Positions 52,198 through 61,907 of a stretch of 64,000 nucleotides of DNA are shown here, in pieces. The DNA comes from Squalus acanthias (Eukaryota): the NCBI GenBank assembly GCA_030390025.1, contig CM059431.1, positions 136,650,001-136,714,000 on the forward strand. The letters are read 5' to 3'. The translations under genes were made by a program, and so were the position numbers. Below the pieces are notes generated by a model. That model made no database searches. It had not been told where the DNA came from and saw only the letters and a program-made list of their open reading frames with translations. Within the stretch, counting starts at the first letter, position 1. Every line of letters starts with the position of its first letter.

Positions 52198-55100
52198 ATC
52201 TCTTAGCAAGCAAAGTTATGAAGGCCAGAAACCAAAGTACCAGCGAAGTTAGGATGAGTAGCCAAAACTACCTCACACAGCGTTGACTCAATGCAGAAGT
52301 CTCTCTTTCTCTCTCTCCGAATCTCTCTCTCTCTCTCAGAACGAGTGGTGCCAAAATGTCCACCACAGAGAAAGACAGGAAGAGGCCCCCTTTAAATAGC
52401 GCCCCCCCCCCCCCAGCCCCACAGCGAATGATAGCATTCCACTCTACCGGTCGTTGGATGCGCCAGGCGGTAAGGATGGGGGCGCCACTGAAATTCTTCT
52501 CCGGGGCGCCACAAGGGCGTTGCACTCTCGTATGACGTCACAATCTGCGCGCGCAGGGGTTCGCGGCGATAAAGTTTAACGCCGCCGCAAAATGTCTAGT
52601 TAAGTTCCCGAGCGGCGCAAACATCGCTGCGCCCGGGCGCTTGCTGCTTTGCGCCCCATTAGCGCCCTCTTAAGGCGCTAACGGGAGGTGCAACCAACTG
52701 AAATTTTCCCCCTTTGTGTCTTAATGCAAGGAGCATTCGGAACAAGGTGGATGAATTAGCTGCGCAAATAGAGGTAAATGAATACGATTTGATTGGGATT
52801 ACAGAAATATGGCTCCAGGGTGGCCAAGGCTGGGAACTCAACATCCAGGGTTATTCAATATTTAGGAAAGATAGGCAAAAAAGAAAGGGAGGTGGGGTAT
52901 CATTGCTGTTTAAAGAGGGGATTAACACAATTTAAAGGAAGGATATTAGCTCTGATGATGCGGAATCTGTATGGGTAGAACTGAGAAATAACAAGGAGCA
53001 GAAAACGTTAGTGGGAGTGGTATATAGACCTCCAAACAGTAATACGGAGGTTGGGGACGGCATTAAAAGGGAAATTAGAGAAGCATGCACTAAGGGCACA
53101 GCAGTCATCATGGCTGGCTTTAATTTACATATAGATTGGGCTAACCAAATTAGTAAAAATACTGAGGAGGAGGAATTCCTAGAATGTTTACGAGATGGTT
53201 TTCTGGAACAATATCTCGGGGAACCAACCAGAGATCAGGCCATTTTAGACTGGGTATTATGTAACGAGAAAGGATTAATTAGCAATCTTGTTGTACGAGG
53301 CCCCTTGGGTCAGAGTGATCATAATATGATAGAATTCTTCATTAGGATGGAGATTGAAGTAGTTGAATCAGAGACTAGGGTCCTGAATTTAAATAAAGGA
53401 AACTACGATGGTATGAGGCGCGAATTGGGTAGGATTGATTGGGGAATGTCACTCAAGGGGTTGACTGTGGATAGGCAAAGGCAAACATTCAAAGACTGCA
53501 TGGATGAACTACAGAATTTGTACATCCCAGTGTGGCATAAGAATGAAACAAAAAGGGTGACTCAACCGTGGCTAACAAGGGAAATTAGGGATAGCATAAG
53601 ATCCAAGGAGAGGGCATATAATTTGGCCAGAAAAAGCGGTAGCCCTGAGGATTGGGAGCAGTTTAGGATTCAACAAAGGAGGACAAAGGGATTAATTAAG
53701 AAGGGGAAAATAGAATATGAAAGTAAGCTTGCTGGGAACATAAAAACTGACTGTAAGAGCATTTATAGATATGTGAAGAGAAAAAGATTAGTGAAATCAA
53801 GTGTAGGTTCCTTGCAGTCAGAAGCGGGGGAAGTTATAATGGGGAACAAAGATATGGCAGCCCAATTAAATGCATATTTTGCTTCTGTCTTCACAAAGGA
53901 GGACACAAATAAGCTCCCAGAGATGTTGAAGAACATACGGTCTGATGAAAGGGAGGAACTGAAAGAAATCAGTATTTGCAGGGAAATAGTGTTAGGGAAA
54001 TTGACGGTATTGAAGGCCGATAAATCCCCAGGGCCTGATAATCTACATCCGAGGGTACTTAAGGAAGTGGCCCTAGAAATATTAGATGCATTGCTGATCA
54101 TCTTCCAACATTCGATGGAATCTGGAACTGTACCCATGGATTGGAGAGTAGCTAATGTTACCCCACTATTCAAAAAGGGTGGTAGAGAGAAAGTGGGGAA
54201 TTACAGACCGGTAAGCCTGACATCGGTAGTGGGGAAAATGCTAGAGTCCGTTATAAAGGATGTAATAGGTGAGCATTTGAAAAACAGTGACAGGATCGGA
54301 CAAAGTCAACATGGATTTACAAAAGGTAAATCGTGCTTGACTAATCTACTGGAATTTTTTGAGGATGTAACTGGGAAAATAGATAAGAGAGAACCAGTAG
54401 ATGTGGTGTATTTGGACTTTCAAAAGGCTTTCGATAAGGTCCCGCATAAGAGATTAGCGGGTAAAGTTATGGCCTTTGGGATTGGGGCAAGGTATTGACT
54501 TGGATAAAGAACTGGTTGGCGGACAGAAAGCAGAGAGTAGGAATTAATGGGTCTTTTTCTGAGTGGCAAGCAGTGACTAGTGGGGTACCGCAGGGATCGG
54601 TCCTTGGACCCCAGCTATTTACAATATACATTAATGATCTAGATAAGGGTATTAAAAGTAATATCTCCAAGTTTGCAGATGACACAAAGCTGGGTGGGAG
54701 TGTGTGCTGCGAGGAGGATACCGAGAAACTCCAGGATGATCTGGACAGGTTGGGTGAGTGGGCAGAAGCGTGGCAGATGCAATATAACGTGGATAAGTGC
54801 GAGGTTATCCACTTTGGTGTCAAAAACAGAAAGGCAGACTATTATCTGAATGGCAATAGATTGGGAGAAGGGGAAGTGCAACGAGACCTGGGTGTCCTTA
54901 TGCACCAGTTGCTGAAAGTAAGCATGCAGGTGCAGCAGGCGGTGAAGAAGGCAAATGGTATGTTGGCCTTCATAGCGAAAGGGTTTGAGTATAGGAACAG
55001 GGATGTCCTGCTGCAGTTGTACAGGGCCTTGGTGAGACCACACCTTGAGTACTGTGTGCAGTTTTGGTCACCTTATCGGAGGAAGGATGTTCTTGTCATG

Positions 55101-55607
55101 GAAGGAGTTCAGCGAAGATTCACAAGGCTGATACCTGGGATGGCAGGAATGACATATGAGGAGAGATTGGGTCGATTGGGCTTATACTCACTGGAGTACA
55201 GAAGAATGAGAGGGGATCTCATCGAAACATATAAAATTCTGACAGGTCTGGACAAACTCGATGCAGGAAGAATGTTCCCGATGGTCGGAGAGTCCAGAAC
55301 CAGGGGTCATAATCTATGGATAACAGGTAAACCATTTAGGATAGAAATGAGGAAGAATTTCTTCACCCAGAGAGTGGTGAACTTGTGGAATTCTCTACCA
55401 CAGAAGGTAGTTGAGGCGAAGTCATTAAATATATTCAAGGATGAGTTAGATATATTTCTTAATGCTAAAGGTATCAAGGGATATGGGGAGAAGGCAGGTA
55501 CAGGGATACTGAGTTTAGATGATCAGCCATGATCTCATCGAATGGCGGAGCAGGCTCGAGGGGCCGAATGGCCTACTCCTGCTCCTATCTTCTATGTTTC
55601 TATGCTT

Positions 55608-56356
55608 CTATTACCCATCTCTGTACGGCCCCATAATATTACCCATCTCTGTACGGCCCCATCCTATGACCCATGTCTCTACGGTCCTATCCTATCACCC
55701 ATCTTTGTAAAGCGACATCCTATTTCCAATCTCTGTGTGGCCCCATCCTATTACCCATCTCTGTACAGCCCCATTATTTTACCCATCTCTGTACGGCCCC
55801 ATCCTATTACCCATCTCTGTACGGCTCTATCCTATTACCCATCTCTGTACAGCCCCATCCTATTACCCATCTCTGTACAGCCCCGTCCTATTTTCCATCT
55901 CTGTACGGCCCCATCCTATTACCCATCTCTGTATGGCCCCATCCTATTACCCAGCTCTGTATGGCCCCATCATATTACCCATCTCTGTCAGGCCCCATCC
56001 TATTACCCATCTCTGTACGGCCCCATCCTATTACCCTTCTCTGTACGGCCCCATCATATTACCCATCTCTGTATAGACCCATCCTATTACCCAGCTCTGT
56101 ATGGCCCCATCATATTACCCATCTCTGTCAGGCCCCATCCTATTACCCATCTCTGTACGGCCCCATCCTATTACCCTTTTCTGTACGGCCCCATCCTATT
56201 ACCCATCTCTGTATGGGACCATCCTATTACCCATCTCTGTAGGGTCCCATCCTATTACCCATCTCTGTACTGCCCCATCCTATTACCCATCTCTGTACGG
56301 CCCCATCCTATTACCCATCTCTGTACGGCCCCATCCTGTTTCCCATCTCTGTGCTG
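55608..56356. repeat. 28-bp satellite, terminal block
   Basis: Monomer resumes after the CR1 tail and ends at ...cccatctctgtgctgccc. Confidence 0.97.
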
Positions 56357-56500
56357 CCCTTTGCCGACATTATGGAAAGCCAAGGTTCAGCTTTCACATG
56401 TACACCGACAACACTCTGCTCCAATTCTCCACCACCTCCCTCGCTTCCTCCACTGACTCTGCTTTGTCACGCTACTTCTCCGACAGCCATCCTTGATAAG
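56327..56500 (+). mobile_element. Decayed L2-clade LINE RT fragment, continuous with the last satellite monomer
   Basis: Reads GPILFPISVLPFADIMESQG(-1 nt)SFHMYTDNTLLQFSTTSLASST, matching the L2 RT pattern GPLLFxIYMLPLGDII...SFHxYADDTQLY. Confidence 0.8.
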
Positions 56501-56860
56501 CTTCATACGTGTCATTAACCTCGTCACTGTAACTTTTATATCCAGCTTGCTTCTCTACTGTATTATGAACCTCACAATTGTTATAAGTCTACATTTTCTG
56601 CCTCCTGTTAACCTCTGTATCTTTAATCACCCAGGGAGCTTTAACTTTGGTTGCCCTTCCTTTCCTCTCGTGTGAATATGTCGAATCTGTCATATCCTCT
56701 TTGAAGTCCTCGCATATGATTGTTTAGCTTCCTACCCAGCTTTCTGTTCAATTTGCACACACAATCAGTCCGTAAACCATTGAAAACATTCAACCTGCCC
56801 TGTGGTAGAATATTATTACATCGACTTTTTTTGGTCGCACACCCGCCTTTGAGTCACGAG

Positions 56861-56972
56861 GTGGAGAGAGGATATCGCAGGGGGAGAGACGACATAGCAG
56901 GGGTAGAGAGGACATCGCAGGGGGAGAGAGGAGATCGCAGGGGGAAAGGACATCGCAGGGGAGAGAGGACAT
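56861..56972. repeat. 20-bp purine-rich minisatellite (~5.5 copies)
   Basis: GGGGAGAGAGGACATCGCAG units at 56861, 56881, 56901, 56921, 56941 and ~56959, followed by (ATGTTCTT)n at 56973-56997. Confidence 0.9.
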
Positions 56973-57423
56973 ATGTTCTTATGTTCTTATGCTCTTATTG
57001 AAGAGAAACATTAGGACTTGCCGGCCTGGTATTGAAGGAACCATTTTCACAATCGGTAACTGCATTCAGTGAAGATAATATGAGATAGACTCAGTAAATT
57101 CTGTGGGATTTTGTGCGTATTCAGTGAGACGCTGGAGTACTTTGAATAATTTTGACGTATCCTTGTGATGGATGGGGAATAAGACTTGCAGCATGATGGG
57201 GAAGGAGTCAGTGTAGGTAATGAGGCATTGAAGAGGTGGAAGGGAAAGGCAGGGAGAGTCAAATATAGAGCCGGAGCGTGGAGACAGAATCAGGCACTGT
57301 GCAGGAGGAGAGGGTGGCAAAAGAGAGAGTTAAGATTGTAGCAGTTGGGGAAGGGAAAGAAGATCAGAATCCAGGATCAGAATAGTTTGGGCACCAGACA
57401 TGAAACACTGGAAGGAGCGGCAC

Positions 57424-57876
57424 AAAGAAAAATCTTGCATTTATATAGCGCCTTGCACGACCTCAGGAGATCCCAAACCGCTTTACAGCCAATGAAGTGG
57501 AGTCACTGTTGTAATGTAGGCAAGAAGGCAGCCAATTGGCGCACAGCAAGCTCCCACAAACAGCAACGTAATAATGAAGAGATATACTGTTTTTGTTATT
57601 ATGTTGATTGAGGGATAAATATCAGCCAACACACCGAGGATAACTCCCCTGCTCTTCTTTGAAATAGTGCCAAGGAGTCGTTTACGTCTATCAGAGAGAA
57701 CAGACAGAGCCTCGGCTTAACATCTCATCTGAAAGACGGAAAGTCCGACATTGCAGCACTCCCTCAGCACTGCACTGGACTACCTGCCTACATTTTTGTG
57801 CTGAAGTCTCGAGGAGTTGGACTGTGAACCCACAACCTTCAGAATCAGAGGCGAGAAGCTACCCACTAAGCCACGG
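57424..57876 (-). mobile_element. tRNA-derived SINE with Deu-like central domain and L2-type tail (SacSINE1/AmnSINE1-like)
   Basis: Minus strand begins ccgTGGCTTAGTGG (A box) and GGTTCACAGTCC (degenerate B box); centre tgcagtgctgagggagtgctgca...ttcagatgagatgttaagccgagg...gaagagcaggggagttatcc; ends aaggcgctatataaatgcaag, like the L2 tail at 61908-61945. Family assigned from recalled consensus. Confidence 0.85.
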
Positions 57877-59310
57877 ATTACACTTCAGAAGGAGGAAGCG
57901 GAATCACACATGGAGGATTCAGGAGATATATTACTAAGTTTTAATCTTTATGTTAAAAGCAAATTCTAATTAGCAAATTAACATAAGGTGCACAGTTCTC
58001 ATCTCATAATGAATTGAATCCGCTAACCGATATTTTTTAAAAGAATGAAATGAACTGGTGAATCTACAGGAAAAGTTACCAATAAAAGTTCGCTGTTCAA
58101 TGATACAAATAGCTAGCTTGTTTACCGCCCATATTTGCCGATTAATTTTCAGTCAGTGAAAACCGGAGCCTGAGACTCCTGGGTGTGAACATGCTGATCG
58201 AGGCCCAGATTTACTTATTAACTGGAGATTCGCTCCCGGATTTTATAATCGTTGCTGTGTTGCTAATGAATGATCATCATTGGAAAATAACCGGAAACCA
58301 GTCATGTGACGGGAATTGTAGCACTCCATGTCAATCCAGATCAGGTGAACATTGTATTAATCCTGATACCCAGATTAATAGAGCCGGGATCTTAAGGAAT
58401 TACATTTACACAGAGTTAGAATCGGGTCAAAGAAACAGCTAATGATTGAAAGTAAGGTAATTCCAAAACATTAACGTGTTGACTCCGAAAGCTCACTGTG
58501 CTCTTCCCTCTGCTGTTTGGTCCCAATAAACTAACATTGATATTTGACCCTTGCTATCTGGGCCTTTGTAAAGCTCGATAATAAAGAAATTTAATGGTGA
58601 GCAATATAATCCAACTGTTGACAAGGAACTAGTTCTGGCTACAGAACGCGGCTTCTCTGTGGCATTGTCTGAACCCCAGATGGAAGAGTTGCGGGAAATG
58701 TAGTCATTGTAACCTTACACTGAATGAATGACTTTGGTTATAAGATCAAATTTCTCACAAGGATTCAAACTGAATGAGACCGTGTGTGATTCAGATCGAG
58801 ACCTTCACCAGAGAACAGGGCGGGGAAGGATTGTACTGATCAGGCTGAAGGTCGTGTTTATGACTGTGATCGGTAACTGATATTTACCCAGGGTATGTTC
58901 ATTAACCTGCTGAACACACAACGTTAAATTACCCAGAGTCTGTGGAACAAGAATCAGGAGCCGCAGGACAAGGTAAGGACCTGGATTAAACCGAGCACCA
59001 TTATCGTGTTTTAATGTAGCAGAACTGACCCATCGTCCTTTATTTGTACAGCAGGTCGATGATATTGAAAAGTTGAGAAATCAATAATGAATCAGGAAAG
59101 ATATTTTTTTTTAGTAATTGACTGCTTGACGCCGCATCATTTAATAGAATAAAACATACAAAGCTCACACACTAACATTCCGCCATTGGAAATAGTATAG
59201 AAATGTATTTCTAGTTAATGACATGCTTATGAACAAACAGTTAGAGATCGAAACTTTTCAACATACATCATATCCTCTCAGCCGCTCCTCTCGCGTTTTA
59301 TGGCCTTTTG

Positions 59311-59750
59311 CACTAGAGGTGACCAAGCCCCTCTTGTACTAGAGGGAACCCTACACTTGCACTCGAGGCGAACCTTCGCCTCCGGTTACTGGTGGTATCC
59401 TGCACTCACACTTTAGTTGAAAAGACTCCTTCGGTAATAGTGGTGGCCCAGAATTATAGTAGAAGTGATCGCCCTCCTCCTGTACTAGTGGTTCCCTACA
59501 TTTACATTAGAGGTGAAGGTATTCCTTCGTTACCAGTGTCACCCTTCAATTACGCAAGGGGTGATTGTGCTTTCCTGCTACGACCGATACCCCAACACTT
59601 ATACTGAAGGAGAACGTGCGCCTTCAGTACTTTGGTTGCCCCACATTTACACTAAAAATGATTGTGCTCATCCGGTACTAGTGCTACCACTGCACTCACA
59701 CTAGAGGTGAGCATGCTCCTCTGGCACTAATACCCTACACTTACACAAAC
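59311..59750. repeat. Old degenerate 48-49-bp minisatellite (~9 copies)
   Basis: cactagaggtga-like starts at 59311, 59360, 59409, 59457, 59505, 59553, 59602, 59650 and 59699; approximate consensus CACTAGAGGTGANCGTGCTCCTCCGGTACTAGTGGTACCCTACACTTA. Confidence 0.8.
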
Positions 59751-59779
59751 GTGTGCACACATTTTTGCGTGAATCTGCT

Positions 59780-61907
59780 AAACAGACTGTGGACGGGAAT
59801 TTGCTGATAGCGGGATTTCGGTACAGGGGGAAACAGGTGCTTAGCACTTAAAACCAAGAGGCAACAGTAAATAAGCAAATATATAAATAATTAGTGTAAT
59901 TAATTAGATCTAAGTGTGTAAAATTAATATTAACTAAGTAAAGGATACCAACAGTAAAGGAACCTAACTGGATTATAGACACTTCTGGTACACATAAATA
60001 ATTGAATAATAAATAGGATTAAAGGGATACCAAACTAAAACATATATATAACATGAGTAGATAGAGATTTAAGTGCAATGACGGGAACTCCATGACGCGC
60101 CGCACGTCCTGGATAATCACGTGTGCAGAAAGTGCCTCCAGTTGCTGGAACTCAAGCACAAGGTTCTTAAGATTGAGGAGCAGCTGGAGTCATGGCAGGG
60201 CATACGGGAGGCCGAGAATTTCCTGGAGCGCACATGCCAGGAGCTGGTCAACCCGCAGCTAGAGAACCTTCAGGAGGATAGTACGTGGGTGGCCATCCGG
60301 CTGTGTGGGAAGAAGCAGGCAGTGCAGAAATACTTCAGAAGTGTGGCACTCTCACACTGGTTTTCACTGCTGAATACCGTTGCAGGTGACGACACTTCGA
60401 GTGTTGTGGTCTCGAGCACATCCACGGCATCGTGGGGAAATGATTGCACGGGCGGGGGGAGGGCACAGAAACGTATAGAAAACTGTTGTCATTGGGGAAC
60501 TGATAGTCTTGGGGCTAGACAGGCGTTTCTGCAAACTGCAACGTGAGTGTTGCATGATTTTTACCTCCCTGGCCGCAGGATAAATGGCATCACTGAGAGT
60601 GTGCAGAAAAGCTTTGAGGGGTCGGGTGAACAGCCATAAATCGTGGTCCATATGACAACAAATGACATAGGAAGGAAAAGCATTGAGGTCCTGCAGTTAG
60701 AGTTTCAGGAGCTCGGTTTGAAATTAAGGAGAAGCACATCAAAGAGCAATTTCTGATTACTCCCAGTGCTACGCGTTAGGGAGTATAGGGATATTATGCA
60801 GGTTAACACACGGTTGGACAATTGGTGCAGGACGGAGGTCTACAGATTTTAGCGTCATTGGGAGCAGTTCTGGGCAGGAGGGAACTATTAAAGGTAGATG
60901 GGTTTTACCTCAACAGATCTGTGATCAATGTCCTCGCGGGAAGATTAACTATTGCATGGGGAGGTTTTAAATTAATTTAGTGGGGGATGGGCTTCAGGAT
61001 TAAACATTAGAGAGAAGAAACAAGGTGCACAGAGGACTGGGAAAGACAAATATCACTAGAGGAAAGAAACGTTCAAAAATAGGAATGATCAGACAGGTGA
61101 GGCTGTCTAAGATGCGGTTGGAGTGCATGTGTGTAAATGAACATAGCGTGGTAAAACAAAACTGTTGGTGAATTGTAGGCACATGTCGCCACATGGGACT
61201 ATGATGTAATTATAATAACAGCGACAGGACTTAAAAAGGGGAGGATTGGGATCTTAATATTACTGGCTATAATTTGGGAAAGATAGGCAATTGGAAAGAG
61301 GAGGGAATTTGGCAGTATTGATCAAATATCGATTATAGCACCAGAGAGCGATGTTGTAGATGAGGTCAAAGATATATTCTATTTGTTTATAATTAAGGAT
61401 GTATTGCACTACTGTGTGTATAGTATTAGCAACTAAATATTGGGAAAGAGAGAGAGGAACACATTTACAGACAAGTTGCAGAAAGATGCGGAACTGCAGA
61501 GTAATGATAACAGGGGACTTATATGATTCTAATATAGACTGAAATAGTAAGATTTAAAAGGGCAAAGACGGGGAGGCATTCCTGAAAACTGTACAAGAGA
61601 ACTTTCTTGATTAGTGTGTTTCCGGCCCAACGAGGAAGGAAGAAGTGCAGTACCTAGTTGTGGAGAATGAAGAGCGGCAAGTGAAGCATGTTTCAGTGAG
61701 GGAGCATTTTGGAAACAGTGATGATGATATCATCAGGTTTAGAATAGTTACGGAAAAGGACAAGGAACAATCAAGCGCAAAAATACTTACCTGGAGGACG
61801 GCTAACTTCAGTGATTTCAAAAGGGTTCTGGCCCATGTGGATTGGAATCAAAATTGGCATGCAAAAATGTAATAGAAGAATGGTAGGTCTTCAATGAGGA
61901 GATGGTT
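59780..61907 (+). mobile_element. Old, heavily decayed CR1 LINE (5' UTR, ORF1 remnant, ORF2 endonuclease remnant); left boundary approximate
   Basis: CRKCLQLLELKHKVLKIEEQL...ELVNPQ is homologous to ORF1 at 46582; esterase remnants (LDRRFC, VVHM-TNDIG); endonuclease remnant VREHFGNSDDDIIRF...ANF...VDW at 61645-61872; cut by the L2 tail at 61908. Confidence 0.8.

Larger units (their letters stand above)
47726..52712. mobile_element. Two-gene PIF/Harbinger DNA transposon
   Basis: TIRs GGGGGAAAAATTCAGT and (reverse complement) GGGGGAAAATTTCAGT, 15/16 match; 3-bp TSD TTT (47723-47725, 52713-52715); convergent Myb/SANT-like and DDE transposase genes. Confidence 0.95.
47661..55532 (+). pseudogene. 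CR1 ORF2: AP endonuclease plus reverse transcriptase, split by the Harbinger insertion
   Basis: Removing 47726-52715 restores MVIV...SLKAL-CLNARSIRNKVDEL. Motifs GVVYRPP, SDH, SPGPD, NYRPVSLTS, QHGF, YLDFQKAFDKV, GVPQGSVLGP, FADD. In-frame stop at 52933, GDFN changed to AGFN, frameshift near 54485. Confidence 0.95.
46015..55607 (+). mobile_element. Full-length CR1-clade LINE (~4.6 kb without the nested transposon), inactive
   Basis: 5' UTR, ORF1, ORF2, 3' UTR and tail ttctatgtttctatgctt; CTATTA on both sides (46009-46014 and 55608-55613) is a likely TSD or tail microhomology; the satellite resumes in phase. Confidence 0.95.

Noticed and set aside
51220..55043. Antisense ORFs over the transposase and CR1 ORF2 (e.g. 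51220-51867 +, 53763-54173 -, 54467-54823 -)
   Set aside because: Shadow frames of TE coding sequence with no independent motifs.
1..56356. CRISPR-like array (28-bp repeat)
   Set aside because: Monomers are contiguous with no unique spacers, there are no cas genes, and the context is vertebrate TEs.
1..56356. Telomeric repeat (minus strand GGGTAATAGG)
   Set aside because: No (TTAGGG)n tract; the resemblance is superficial and an L2 origin explains the monomer better.
56502..56850. Possible decayed antisense CR1 fragment
   Set aside because: Only a vague resemblance, with no translatable motif I can support.
57900..59300. Possible host exon or regulatory sequence (ORF 58185-58442; AAG|GTAAGG near 58970)
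   Set aside because: No recognisable protein motif or convincing exon; needs RNA-seq or conservation data.
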